The notes beneath the pieces were generated by a model that saw only the letters and a list, made by a program, of their open reading frames with translations, had not been told where the DNA came from and searched no databases. Source: a candidate division WOR-3 bacterium (lineage in GTDB: Bacteria > Hydrothermota > Tepidihabitantia > Tepidihabitantales > Tepidihabitantaceae). From it: a DNA stretch of 64,000 nt. Made by a program: the position numbers and the translations under genes. This document shows, piece by piece, positions 19,741 through 29,712 of the stretch. The stretch is from assembly GCA_965649295.1 (NCBI GenBank), contig CBFGKH010000008.1:77000-140999 (forward strand), in the 5' to 3' direction. How positions within the stretch are numbered: the first letter of the stretch is position 1; each line of letters begins with the position of its first letter.

Positions 19741-20112
19741 TTAGGCATAGGCACGTTTCCTCTCAAGGGACTTGATGAGCGCCTTGCAGAGGCGGTCCAC
19801 ATCGCCGAGCGACTGCAGCAGCTCGTTGACCTGCTTGTCGGCCAGGAAGCCAAGGTTGCCGGCAAGCAGAATGTGGGTCTCAAGCTCGCAGATGGAGCCA
19901 TAGGCGATGTATAGCGAGCGCAGGAAGTCGGAAGTGGTGCGGCGGCCATAGCCTTCGGCGATGTTCGCCGGGATCGAAACAGCAGCGCGGCGAAGTTGGC
20001 TGGTAAGGCCGTACAGTTCCGATGTCGGGAACTTTCGAGTGTGGCGGTAGGCGGCAACAGAAAGGCTGAACGCCTGCTGCCAGACCTTCAGGTCACGGTA
20101 ACTCTTGACCAC
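19741..20112 (-). CDS. Four helix bundle protein (23S rRNA IVP / bAvd-like family)
   Basis: SYRDLKVWQ...FPTSELYGLTSQLRRAAVSIPANIAEG...GSICELETH. Start may be 20112 or 20148. Confidence 0.92.
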   Translation of the reverse strand: MVKSYRDLKVWQQAFSLSVAAYRHTRKFPTSELYGLTSQLRRAAVSIPANIAEGYGRRTTSDFLRSLYIAYGSICELETHILLAGNLGFLADKQVNELLQSLGDVDRLCKALIKSLERKRAYA

Positions 20113-20196
20113 TGCTCGCCGCACTTGGCCGTTCGTCGATTCCGCCACTAGTGCTGTCCCTTACTGGCCGTTTTCACTAGTCGAACCACTAGTCTC

Positions 20197-21606
20197 CTAC
20201 TTTGCTACTGTCAGCGCTTGGTCTAGGTCGTTGATGACGTCGTCAGGGTGCTCGCCGCCGACCGAGAGACGGATGAGGTCCGGTGGAATGGCGGCCATAT
20301 CGCGGGCGGCCTCGCCCTGCAGCAGGTGGGTCGAGATTGCCGGAATGGTGGCTACGGTTTTGACCCGGCCAAGGTCGGTGGCGCGCCAGATCATTCCCAA
20401 CCGGTCGAACACGGCCCGCGCCGACTTGGGCCCGCCCTTGACGCGGAACGAGAGCAGGTGGGTGTAGCGGTTCACCTTCTGCCGGTACCGGTCGTCATAC
20501 TCGGCGTCAACAAGCCAGAGATACTTGCTGGCCACCGGATGGAGCGGATTGTCCTCAAGGCCGAGGTAGTTCACCGCCGCTACCGCCGGATGGCGGGCGA
20601 GGAACCGGGCAACTTTCATTGCGTTCTGGCTCCAGATGTCAACCCGGGTGCGCAGGGTGCGAATGTCGTTGAGGCTGGAGGTTGCTTGGAACGGATGGAG
20701 GCAGCCGCCCTGGTCGCGCTGCGGCCAACGTTTGAGATAGAGGGCGAAGTCGGCCTTCATCTCATCGTTGTCAATGTTGGAGACGATCGGCTTGCGACAT
20801 ATAACCGCGCCGGCAATGCCGGTGCCGGACGAGCTCATCACCTTGGTGACCGACTGAATCACGATATCCGCACCATGGGCAAGCGGCCGGAACAAGGCGG
20901 GCGAGGCAACAGTTGAGTCGGCAACCATCGGGATGCCGTGCTCGTGGGCCAGGGCCGCGACCTTGGCGATGTCAAAGAACGCAAGCCCCGGATTGGAGGG
21001 CAGCTCGCCGTAGAGGAAGCGGGTGTCCCTATCAATCTTGCTGCGCCATTCGTCAATATCGTTCGAGTTGACAATCCAGCGGACGTCAATGCCACGCTCC
21101 TTCAGCTTGCGGGTGGCGAATTGCTGGAACGTGCCGCCATAGACTTGGCAGGTGGCAACAAAGTTGCCGATGCGGCCGTGCTGCTGGACGAGCAGCGTAT
21201 CGGTGACGTTTTCGATGGCCGCCATGCCTGAGGAGTAGGAGCAGCAGCTCGTCTCAAAGTCGCAGCCGTAGCCTTCGAGCAGGGCAAGCGTGTCTTCCAG
21301 GTAGCCAAGAGTCGGGTTGTGGATGCGGGAGTAGCACCAGGTTGGAATCTGGTAGGAAAGAGCTGCTTCCATTTCATCGGAGTCCCGGTAGGCCTGCGCG
21401 GCAGCAAGGAAGGTCGGCTCCATGGTCGCGCCCTGGCAGTTGGTGAGCGCTTCTTCAACCGTATAGAGGCCGTGGACCGCAATCGTATCGAAGCGTAGCT
21501 TGCGGGCGCGCTGAATCCGACGGTCGCGTTCGGCCAGGAGCTTCTTGGCCTGTTCGAGATAGCGGCGGACGCCTTCACTGGGGGATGGTTCACGAACACT
21601 GCTCAC
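20197..21606 (-). CDS. Cys/Met metabolism PLP enzyme (O-acylhomoserine sulfhydrylase-like)
   Basis: YSRIHNPT, SSGMAA, YGGT, DSTVASP, SVTK (PLP Lys), IRLSVGGE. Confidence 0.85.
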   Translation of the reverse strand: MSSVREPSPSEGVRRYLEQAKKLLAERDRRIQRARKLRFDTIAVHGLYTVEEALTNCQGATMEPTFLAAAQAYRDSDEMEAALSYQIPTWCYSRIHNPTLGYLEDTLALLEGYGCDFETSCCSYSSGMAAIENVTDTLLVQQHGRIGNFVATCQVYGGTFQQFATRKLKERGIDVRWIVNSNDIDEWRSKIDRDTRFLYGELPSNPGLAFFDIAKVAALAHEHGIPMVADSTVASPALFRPLAHGADIVIQSVTKVMSSSGTGIAGAVICRKPIVSNIDNDEMKADFALYLKRWPQRDQGGCLHPFQATSSLNDIRTLRTRVDIWSQNAMKVARFLARHPAVAAVNYLGLEDNPLHPVASKYLWLVDAEYDDRYRQKVNRYTHLLSFRVKGGPKSARAVFDRLGMIWRATDLGRVKTVATIPAISTHLLQGEAARDMAAIPPDLIRLSVGGEHPDDVINDLDQALTVAK

Positions 21607-21716
21607 ACTAGCTCCTTTCGCTTAGTCACAAGGTAATATTCGCCTTAGTGAGAGCAAAGTCAAGCCGGCAAGAGACCAAGAGCACCAAATACGCGCTGGG
21701 CTGAACCGGACAGGTT

Positions 21717-22898
21717 TCAGGCGCCGGCCAGGGCCTGGTCGAGGTCGGCAATCAGGTCCTGCGCGTCCTCGATGCCGGTTGAGTAGCGGACAAGACCGTC
21801 GGTGATGCCAGCGGCAAGCCGCGATTCGCGCGGCACGCCGGCGTGAGTCATCGAGGCGGGGTGCTCGATGAGGGTCTCGACCCCACCGAGCGAGACTGCG
21901 AGCGTTGCCACCCGAACACTGTCCATCACATGCCGACCAGCCGCAATACCGCCCTTGAGCTCGAAGCTGAAGACTGCACCGGGCCCGCGCATCTGGCGGC
22001 GGCCGAGTTCATACTGCGGATGGGACGGAAGGCCGATATGGCGCACCCAGGCGACTTTGGGGTGCTGTTCGAGCCAAGCGGCAATCTTGGTGGCATTCTC
22101 CTGGGCGCGCTCGATGCGCAGGGCCAGGGTCTTGAGGCCGCGGATGGTCAGGAATGCCTGGTGGGGGTCCATATTGCAGCCGAAGTTGACCATCATCGGT
22201 CGGATGCGGTGGTAGAGTTCTTCGGTCTTGGTGACGATGACGCCGCCAACAACGTCGGCGTGGCCGTTGATGAACTTCGTTACTGAGTGGAGTACGATGT
22301 CGGCCCCGAGTTCGAGCGGCTGCTGCAGGTAGGGGCTGGCAAAGGTGCTGTCCACTGCCAAAAGGCAGTTATGCTTGTGCGCCAGTTCGGCAGCGGCAGC
22401 CAGGTCGGTGAGCAGCATCGCCGGATTGGATGGCGTCTCGACATAGAGGAGGCGGGTGTTCGGGCGCAGTGCAGCCCGGACCTGCGTAAGGTCGGCGGTG
22501 TCAACAAATGTCGCGGTCACACCGAAGCGGGAAAGGTGGTTCTCCAGCAGACCGCGCGATGGGCCATAGACCGAGGCAGTGCTGACAACATGAGCGCCGG
22601 CTGCGAGCAGGCCGAGGAAGACCGATGCGACTGCGCCCATGCCTGAGCTGGTGGCGATGCCGCCGTAGCCATTCTCGAGCACCGCCATCCCGTCTTCAAG
22701 CGCCTTGATGGTTGGGTTGGCGATGCGAGTGTAGATGTAGCCCTTGTCCTCGCCGGCAAAACGACTGGCGCCCTGGGCCGCATTGTCAAAGGCAAAGGTC
22801 GAGTTTTGATAGATGGGGACATTGACCGCGCCGAACTGGTCCTTCGGCAGGGTGGCATGAACGAGTTTGGTATTGAACCGGTGCTTGGGATTGGTCAT
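21717..22898 (-). CDS. Methionine gamma-lyase / cystathionine gamma-synthase family PLP enzyme
   Basis: YIYTRIANPT, ETPSNP, HSVTKFINGHADV, AVSLGGVETLIEHPASMTH; ATG 22898 with AAGGAG RBS. Confidence 0.9.
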   Translation of the reverse strand: MTNPKHRFNTKLVHATLPKDQFGAVNVPIYQNSTFAFDNAAQGASRFAGEDKGYIYTRIANPTIKALEDGMAVLENGYGGIATSSGMGAVASVFLGLLAAGAHVVSTASVYGPSRGLLENHLSRFGVTATFVDTADLTQVRAALRPNTRLLYVETPSNPAMLLTDLAAAAELAHKHNCLLAVDSTFASPYLQQPLELGADIVLHSVTKFINGHADVVGGVIVTKTEELYHRIRPMMVNFGCNMDPHQAFLTIRGLKTLALRIERAQENATKIAAWLEQHPKVAWVRHIGLPSHPQYELGRRQMRGPGAVFSFELKGGIAAGRHVMDSVRVATLAVSLGGVETLIEHPASMTHAGVPRESRLAAGITDGLVRYSTGIEDAQDLIADLDQALAGA

Positions 22899-23007
22899 GG
22901 GGTTGTGCTCCTTTTGCCGGGCAATCTTCCCCGAATCGGCAAGGGAAGTCAAGCCGCTGGTCCGCGCCGGCAGTTGCATTGGGAATGGCGATGGATTACA
23001 ATTAGCT

Positions 23008-24255
23008 ATGGCAGAGTCTTTCCCGCGCCGGGCTGGTAACAGACGGGACCGTTCGCCGCTGGCCGCTGGTATCAACGAGCCGGGTTCGGCCTCCCAGCTA
23101 CTGCGGCGGGCGCAAGCAGCCTTCTATCGCGAGGACGATCACGAGGCGCTGGACCTGTTACTGGAGGTGCTGCGGCTTGCGCCGAATAACCTCCACGCCC
23201 ACTACCTAGCTGCGCTCTGTGCCCATCTGGTGAGCGATGAGGCAACGATTGACGAGGTGACCGCCCACGCGCTGGCGATTGACCGGCGCCATCCTTTCAC
23301 GATTGCCTGCGAGGCGGTGCGGTTTCTCTTCCTTGACAACTACTCTCGTGCCGATGACCTGTTCAGTAAGGCACTCTCCTATCTGCCCGATGACCTTGAC
23401 CTCTGCATTGGCTGGGGGATTCTCCACGAGTACTCGGGCGACGAGGCGCGGAGTGTCGAGGCGTTTCAGCGGGCAATAGAGATTGATCCAAACAATGTTC
23501 GGGCGCGGGTCTCGCTGGGCATTGCCTACGCGATGAGCGGTGAGTATCAGAGCGCGCTGGAGGAGTATCAGCGGGCCAAGGCGATTGACCCGACCATCGA
23601 GAATCCCCACCAGCGGCTGGGCCGCGACTACTACCTTGACGGTGCGTTTGAGGAGGCGGCAAGTGAGTTTGCCCAGGCGACTGCTGAGGAGCCGGAGGAG
23701 GCCGCAGCCTATTTCTACCTGATGGACTGCTATAACCGGCTGGGCCGGTGCGACGACGCGCTTGATGTCTATGACCAGATTCGCCAGCGGTTTGACGATG
23801 ACCCCGAGACGACGAGCGGTTTCTATGAGTACTTTCATATGCACAAGGAGGCGATTGGTGCGCTGGAGAAGCTGGTTGAGCAGGACCCAGAAGATGCCGA
23901 GGTCCGGTTCCGATTGAGCATGGCCTATGCTGAGGCGGGACGGGTAGAGGATGCCATCAAGGCGATGGAGTGCGGGATTGACATGGACCCCGACAACGCC
24001 GTGGCTCAGGCACAGTTTGGTCGGCTGCTCTTTGAGCACGGTGAGTTTCATCGGGCAGTGACCGCGTGCCGGCGGGCGATCAGGCTCAACCCTTATGACC
24101 AGAACGCGCACGTGACCTTGGCCGATGCGCTGCTCTTTTTGGGTCGGGATGAGGAGTCGCGGCAGACTATTGAGGAGATGGAGCGAACGCGCGAGGAGGC
24201 TTGGCGGCGCTACCGGGACAAGTTCTCGGGCGGTACCGGAGATAGCGAGGAGTAG
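23008..24255 (+). CDS. Tetratricopeptide repeat protein
   Basis: Repeated TPR motifs (AFQRAIEIDPNN, ACRRAIRLNP); start at ATG 23008 after TTGCAT-17-TACAAT. Confidence 0.88.
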   Translation: MAESFPRRAGNRRDRSPLAAGINEPGSASQLLRRAQAAFYREDDHEALDLLLEVLRLAPNNLHAHYLAALCAHLVSDEATIDEVTAHALAIDRRHPFTIACEAVRFLFLDNYSRADDLFSKALSYLPDDLDLCIGWGILHEYSGDEARSVEAFQRAIEIDPNNVRARVSLGIAYAMSGEYQSALEEYQRAKAIDPTIENPHQRLGRDYYLDGAFEEAASEFAQATAEEPEEAAAYFYLMDCYNRLGRCDDALDVYDQIRQRFDDDPETTSGFYEYFHMHKEAIGALEKLVEQDPEDAEVRFRLSMAYAEAGRVEDAIKAMECGIDMDPDNAVAQAQFGRLLFEHGEFHRAVTACRRAIRLNPYDQNAHVTLADALLFLGRDEESRQTIEEMERTREEAWRRYRDKFSGGTGDSEE

Positions 24256-24275
24256 CGGCCGTCGGTCGCAGCGCC

Positions 24276-24304
24276 AAGACCGGCTTGCCGGTCTTTTGTT
24301 TTTG
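24276..24304 (+). terminator. Intrinsic terminator
   Basis: AAGACCGGC-TT-GCCGGTCTT followed by a T-rich tract. Confidence 0.7.
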
Positions 24305-24361
24305 TTGGCGGTGGCCCAGTGATTATTGACACGACTAGGTCGAAGGTTACACTCTGCCAAG

Positions 24362-26518
24362 ATGCTAGTGGTCTTGCTGCTGGTTGGGCTGGTGCCGGCA
24401 GATTCGAGCCGGCCGGCGATTGCGGCGAGATTCACAACGGTTGCGCCCGTGATTGACGGCGAGCTGGAGGAGGTCTGGCAACAGGCTGACCCGGCCACGA
24501 ACTTCACTCAGCTCACCCCGAACTGGGACTCGGCGGCTACCGACCTGACTACTGCCTGTGTGCTCTACGACCGGCAAAATATCTACGTCGCGTTCCGCTG
24601 CTTTGTCCACGACCCCAAAACCATTCGCGCCCGGCTTTCGGATACGCCGGACGGCGTCCGGCTGTTCTTCGACACATTTGAGGACCACAACAGTTGTTAT
24701 CAGTTCGTAGTCAACGCCTCTGGCACCGAGCAGGGCTACCGGTTGACCGAGAACGGTACGATGGTAGCGAAATGGGATGGTGTCTGGCGCTCGGCAGTAA
24801 AGGTAGCTGACTGGGGCTATGCGGTAGAGCTGGCGATACCGTTCAAGACATTGCGCTATCCGCCAACGAAGACCACCTGGGGGGTTGATTTCGGTCGCTA
24901 TACGGTCTCACGGGGTGAGAAGAGCTTCTGGTGCCGTCACCAGCAGACCGGGTTCAGAGTCGAGAATATGGGCCGGCTAACCGGCATCACCCCGCCGCCG
25001 CCAGGACTGCATCTGGAGGTCTATCCGGTCGCGCTCGGCCGCGCTGCTAAGACCGGCGAACCGTGGCGCGATTCGCTCTCAGCCGCTGCCGGCCTGGACA
25101 TGTCGTGGTTGCCGACGCCGTCTGCCAATGTCCAGCTCACAGTGCTGCCTGATTTTGCCCAGATTGAGGCTGATCCATATCAGCTCAATCTGACCAAGTA
25201 TGAACTCTGGCTTGCCGAGCGCCGACCGTTCTTTACCGAGGCGCAGGAGAACTTCGGCAGCGCAGTCGGGACTGCCCGGATGTTCTACTCGCGCCGCATT
25301 GGCAAGGCGTTGCCGGACGGCAGCGTGGTGCCGATTCTCGGTGGGCTGAAGTACACCGACCGCTGGGGCCGATATCAGGTCGGTGCGCTCGCTGCCCTGA
25401 CCGGCAAGACTGATTACGACTACTATGGCAGCCGCTTGACTGAACCCCAGAGCTGGTTCAGTGTGGCGTCCTTGCGGCGCGGCATTTTTGAGAACTCAGA
25501 GGTCGGTTTGCTCTACGCTGGCAAGGATAACGCTTACGGTCACAACAATGGGCTGCGGGCTGATGCCACGTTGCGGTTTGGCGAGCTGACTGCCGGGCTC
25601 GTCGGCGCTGCCAGCCTGCGCTACGATACGCTGCATGACTTCGCCAGCTTGATAAGGCCCGGAACAAGCGACAGTTTTGATTGGGCTACGGGAGCCGGCC
25701 TGAGCTACGAGACTTCAACCTTCACCGGGTCGGTCGCGCTGCGCCATGTCGGTCCTGAGTTTGATATGAATGGGCCTGGTTTCACGACTTGGCGCGGGCA
25801 GGAGCTGAGCCTCAATGCCGGTCCGGTCGTCTATAACCGCGGCCCGTTTCGTTATGCGATGCTGACCTTTTCGGCCAATGCGAACCGGGAATGGGATTAC
25901 AAGGAGCCAGGGCCGGACTGGGGGGTGACGACCAATCCTTATGCGATCTTTCAGAATCGCTGCGGCCTTGCGTTATGGGGTGGGTTTAGCCGTAGTCGGT
26001 ACCAGGACCAAGGCGGCACCGAGCACCGGTACTCTGGGGCTAACCTGGGTTGCCATATCTTTACTGATGAGAGTCAGCCAGTATCGGGATGGGTCTGGGC
26101 CGACTTCAACACCCAGACCTACAACTACAACCGTCAGGTGTTGGCACCAAGCGGTTCCGGCGGCGGCTATCTGATGGTGCAGGTCGGCGATCGAGCCCAG
26201 GTCTCGACCGAGGCCAATCTGACGCTGGAGTTTCCTGAGCGGGGAGGGGTTAGTTGGCAGCGAGACGTGACCGTCGTGTTGCGGCCTAGGCTTGACTATG
26301 CGCTCAGCCCCAAGATGACAGTTGGTATTGGTAACGAGATAGTGGACGCGGCAGTTGGCGACGGCATGCGCGCCTGGACGTACCGCCTGACTGGCCTCTA
26401 CTCCTATACGTTTCTACCACGGAGCACAGTTTACTTTGCCTGGAATATGAATCTGGGCGAGGACAAGCCAACCGAACTGGTGCAGGTAATCAAGCTGCGC
26501 TATCTCTTCGTGTTCTGA
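24362..26518 (+). CDS. CBM9-like / DUF5916 outer-membrane protein
   Basis: PVIDGELEEVW, VELAIPFKTLRY, PDFAQIEAD, ERRPFFTE, FYSRRIG; C-terminal beta-signal ending in F. Confidence 0.8.
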   Translation: MLVVLLLVGLVPADSSRPAIAARFTTVAPVIDGELEEVWQQADPATNFTQLTPNWDSAATDLTTACVLYDRQNIYVAFRCFVHDPKTIRARLSDTPDGVRLFFDTFEDHNSCYQFVVNASGTEQGYRLTENGTMVAKWDGVWRSAVKVADWGYAVELAIPFKTLRYPPTKTTWGVDFGRYTVSRGEKSFWCRHQQTGFRVENMGRLTGITPPPPGLHLEVYPVALGRAAKTGEPWRDSLSAAAGLDMSWLPTPSANVQLTVLPDFAQIEADPYQLNLTKYELWLAERRPFFTEAQENFGSAVGTARMFYSRRIGKALPDGSVVPILGGLKYTDRWGRYQVGALAALTGKTDYDYYGSRLTEPQSWFSVASLRRGIFENSEVGLLYAGKDNAYGHNNGLRADATLRFGELTAGLVGAASLRYDTLHDFASLIRPGTSDSFDWATGAGLSYETSTFTGSVALRHVGPEFDMNGPGFTTWRGQELSLNAGPVVYNRGPFRYAMLTFSANANREWDYKEPGPDWGVTTNPYAIFQNRCGLALWGGFSRSRYQDQGGTEHRYSGANLGCHIFTDESQPVSGWVWADFNTQTYNYNRQVLAPSGSGGGYLMVQVGDRAQVSTEANLTLEFPERGGVSWQRDVTVVLRPRLDYALSPKMTVGIGNEIVDAAVGDGMRAWTYRLTGLYSYTFLPRSTVYFAWNMNLGEDKPTELVQVIKLRYLFVF

Positions 26519-26571
26519 ACAGGGAGGGGACGCTTCTGTCCAGCGGTGGGCGAGTTGCGGACGGACGCCGG

Positions 26572-27234
26572 TCAGGGTACGACAGTAACCACTAGCACCG
26601 GCGACCAGCCACTAGCGGCGCCGAGCGTGTCCTGGGCCCTGACCCGGACCCAATACTCGCCAGGAGCAGACCAGGAATAGAGCAGTCGGGCAGTGTCGCC
26701 GCTAGCGTAACCGCTAGCGGTCGTGGTCCGGCCATCACCCCAGTCAAAGCAGTAGCTGATGATGTCGGCCTCAGGGTCGGTTGTTGCCGCGCGAAACTCG
26801 GCAGCCGAGTCAGCCGGCAGGGTGTCCCGTCCGAGCACAGCTGTTGGCGGTAGCGGCGGCGCGTTGATTACGGTCACCTGTTTTGGCTCTGACCAGGCTG
26901 ATGCCGGTCGGTCGGCAGCCACAGCGATGACTCGACAGCGGACAGTGAAGTGGCCGGTGTCGAGCCAAGTATGGACTAGGGTCACAGTATCACCGAGCCG
27001 CAGCGGCCCAGTAGTCTCGGTGGCAACGTTGCTCCAGACTATCACATAGCAGATACGGGCGACGACGTCGGGCTGATTGTAGAATCGAAACGTGCCCGGT
27101 TCATGATGGTGAAGGGTGTCGGGACCGGCTGGGGTTTCGGGCATGGGCAGGTCATTGCGGCCGCAGCAGAAAATGAGGAGTGCCGCCAGCAAAGGCGGCA
27201 CTCCTCCTAACAGGTGTTTCAGACCAGCCCTCAA
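26572..27234 (-). CDS. PKD-domain lipoprotein
   Basis: Signal ending IFCC; TDPEADIISYCFDWGDG PKD motif. Confidence 0.75.
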   Translation of the reverse strand: MRAGLKHLLGGVPPLLAALLIFCCGRNDLPMPETPAGPDTLHHHEPGTFRFYNQPDVVARICYVIVWSNVATETTGPLRLGDTVTLVHTWLDTGHFTVRCRVIAVAADRPASAWSEPKQVTVINAPPLPPTAVLGRDTLPADSAAEFRAATTDPEADIISYCFDWGDGRTTTASGYASGDTARLLYSWSAPGEYWVRVRAQDTLGAASGWSPVLVVTVVP

Positions 27235-29364
27235 CTAGCGAGCGCCATACCGACCGGTGTGGCGGGCGTCGTGGTGGAACATCGGCCAGGGCGTTGTTGC
27301 CAGACGCCGGTTGGCCGCTGGGCCGGCAACGGCAAACAGGCCGCTCTGAGTGGCGACATAGATGATGCCGTATTCGTCAAGTACTGGCGATGGTTGCTCG
27401 CTGAAGCCAAACCGACGGGCGCCCGATGGCGGAAGCAGGTCGAGGTACCAGCGGACAAAGCCGAACCGATCGAGCGAGAAGAGCCGTTCGTCATCATCAA
27501 CAAGATAGAAGCCGTCCTGATACACGACCGGCGTGGCAGAGAATGCGTAGGTCGAAATCGGCTTCGGCCAGCCAGGCTCAGACTGGCGGGTCTGGATGTT
27601 GATGTTGTGGAACCGGCCGTTCTCGTCGGCAATATAAATATTGCCGTCGGTGCCGAAGACGGGTGACGATGTGAAAGCAGTTGACTCGGCAGTGTAGGTC
27701 CACTGGATGGCGCCGTCCTTGACGGCGTGCAGGCGACCAGCCTCAGTGGCGACATAGGCGGTGCCGTCGGGACCAATCGCCGGGCTGGCAGTGATGCCAA
27801 CCGGGTCGGTGGCTACGGTCCAGACAACGGCGCCGGCCGGAGTAACCTTGTACACGAAGCCGGAGTCGTCGGCGACGATGACATTGCCGGCTCCGTCAAT
27901 TACCGGCGATGAGGATGCCTCATAGCGCAGGTCAACAGCCCAGTTGTGGGTGTAGGTCGAGCCGTTGTCGGTTATCTTGTGGAGCTTGCGGTCGTCGCCA
28001 GCAAAGTAGATGGCGTTGCCGTCAATTGCCGGCGTGGTGGTGATGTCAATCCCGGTTGCCGAGTCAGGATAGTGCCAGACCAAGGAACAGTTGGGGGCGA
28101 TTGCAAAGAGCGTACCATTGTCGTTGCCGATGTAGATTGTGCCGTTGGTGTTGATGGCGGGGGACGAACTGAAGCCTTCGAGGTCGTCGCCAAGCGTGCC
28201 GCGGTCGAGCAGCCGTCGTGCGGTCGGGCCGAGGTGGGCATCAATACAGACAATCGCCTCGTCTTCGTTGCCGAAGCTCTTGCTGCCGATGACGAGCGCG
28301 GTCTGATTGCCGCCGCGATAGGGCATGGTGCTGATAGCCGGAGAGCTGATGAATTCGCCACTAATCGCCCAAATCTGCTGTCCCTCGCCGACAACGCGGA
28401 AGGTAGTAGCACGTTCGGCCGAACGGGCACCATAAGGGTCAATTGCGACGACTCGGATGTTGAACGTGCCGGTATCGGTAGGAGTCCAGGTGGCAAAACC
28501 AGTGCTGCCACTGCGGAAGTAGCTGGTAGTCACACTGTCACTTGCGCCGAAATAGAAGCGGTAGCAGATACTGTCGCCATCGTCGTCAATCGCCCAGACA
28601 TAGAAGCGATAGGCCGGGCCGTTGGCCATGCCTTGGGACGGGGCAGCATCAAACGTTGGCGTGCCTGGGGCGCGATTGCCGCCCGGAACCTGGATGGTGA
28701 TGACGGTCGGCGGTGAGGCCGGTGAAGTGTCGCCGCGGACATCAATTGCCCAAGCAGTGATGGTCTTCTGGCCGGCGCTGGGATAGCGGACATAAGCAGT
28801 GGCAGTGCCACCGCTGGGGAGGGTTGGGCTCTCGTAAGGGTTGAGGCCGGGGTCGCCAAAAGTAATCAGGACGCGCAGCGAGTCGTTGTCCGGGTCGGTT
28901 GCCGAGGTGGTAATGGTCAGCAGCGAGTCCTTGAAAAGCGGCCCAGACACAGCCGGCTGAGTTGGCGCATTGGGACGCTGGTTCGGCGGTGGATTGGCCG
29001 AATCGTAATAGACCCGCACTCGGAGCGTATCTGACCAGTCCGGGCTGTACAGGCCCTTTTCGTCTTTGGCTTTGACGCGAATGTAGTAAACGCCAAGTGA
29101 ACGCCAGGCGTGGCTGGCGGTTACGGTCTGGCCGGATTTGACCAGGTCGGTTACGGTTGAATCGCCGTCGCGCCAGTCAAAGATGTACAGTATGCGATCG
29201 CGATTGGGGTCGGTGGTAACAGCGGTATAGGCGGCGGTGTCGCCGAGCGCTACCGAGTCTGGCCCAGTCGGCCGAGCCGGGACTCGCGGCGCCTTATTAC
29301 GACAGCCGGCTGCGAGCAGCAGAATCATTGCGGCCAGCAGCGTACAGACCAGGTTTCGTTTCAC
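27235..29364 (-). CDS. Lipoprotein with PKD-like domains and PQQ-type beta-propeller
   Basis: GTG 29364 with AGGAGG; LAAGC lipobox; TDPNRD/TDPDND repeats; SSPAI...GTIY propeller repeats; WPMFHHDARHTG. Confidence 0.82.
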   Translation of the reverse strand: MKRNLVCTLLAAMILLLAAGCRNKAPRVPARPTGPDSVALGDTAAYTAVTTDPNRDRILYIFDWRDGDSTVTDLVKSGQTVTASHAWRSLGVYYIRVKAKDEKGLYSPDWSDTLRVRVYYDSANPPPNQRPNAPTQPAVSGPLFKDSLLTITTSATDPDNDSLRVLITFGDPGLNPYESPTLPSGGTATAYVRYPSAGQKTITAWAIDVRGDTSPASPPTVITIQVPGGNRAPGTPTFDAAPSQGMANGPAYRFYVWAIDDDGDSICYRFYFGASDSVTTSYFRSGSTGFATWTPTDTGTFNIRVVAIDPYGARSAERATTFRVVGEGQQIWAISGEFISSPAISTMPYRGGNQTALVIGSKSFGNEDEAIVCIDAHLGPTARRLLDRGTLGDDLEGFSSSPAINTNGTIYIGNDNGTLFAIAPNCSLVWHYPDSATGIDITTTPAIDGNAIYFAGDDRKLHKITDNGSTYTHNWAVDLRYEASSSPVIDGAGNVIVADDSGFVYKVTPAGAVVWTVATDPVGITASPAIGPDGTAYVATEAGRLHAVKDGAIQWTYTAESTAFTSSPVFGTDGNIYIADENGRFHNINIQTRQSEPGWPKPISTYAFSATPVVYQDGFYLVDDDERLFSLDRFGFVRWYLDLLPPSGARRFGFSEQPSPVLDEYGIIYVATQSGLFAVAGPAANRRLATTPWPMFHHDARHTGRYGAR

Positions 29365-29412
29365 AACTCCTCCTAAAGATCGGTGGCTTCCTGCAAGATA
29401 AAGCAACATAAG

Positions 29413-29440
29413 AGGATAGCCAAAATCGCGTGCGCGTCAA
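29413..29440 (-). promoter_or_regulatory. sigma70-like promoter of PKD/PQQ lipoprotein operon
   Basis: TTGACG-16 bp-TATCCT. Confidence 0.5.
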
Positions 29441-29469
29441 TACTCAGGATGTTTCAGAGCTGTGGGGAG

Positions 29470-29661
29470 ATAAAGTGGTGCGCGGTGCGCCTTGGGCTTA
29501 GGCGCACCGCGCTGGTGTTGGTCCCCGTCGAGATTTGATTGACTGGTGAAGGAAGGAGGGGACACTTGTGAGCGCAAAACCCTCCCTTGAGACAGTTGGA
29601 GAGAACCTCAGCTTGGCTCGGTCTAAAACTCTCCAAGGCCCACCACGTTACTACCCCAGCG
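29470..29661 (-). ncRNA. Candidate sigma54-dependent structured RNA (~190 nt)
   Basis: Begins at the predicted +1 of a -24/-12 promoter, has several stems, ends in a 13-bp GC hairpin (29480-29512); no convincing ORF. Confidence 0.55.
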
Positions 29662-29671
29662 TTTCCCTTAC

Positions 29672-29687
29672 TGCAACTCCTGTTCCA
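29672..29687 (-). promoter_or_regulatory. sigma54 (-24/-12) promoter
   Basis: TGGAAC-AGGAG-TTGCA, one mismatch to TGGCAC-N5-TTGCW with exact GG-N10-GC spacing. Confidence 0.7.
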
Positions 29688-29712
29688 GCAGCCAAGGTTT
29701 CCATTGTCTTCT

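Noticed and set aside
19741..20148. Diversity-generating retroelement suggested by the Avd-like protein
   Set aside because: No reverse transcriptase or TR/VR pair recognised in the window.
23206..24507. 433-aa minus-strand ORF
   Set aside because: Antisense shadow of the TPR gene.
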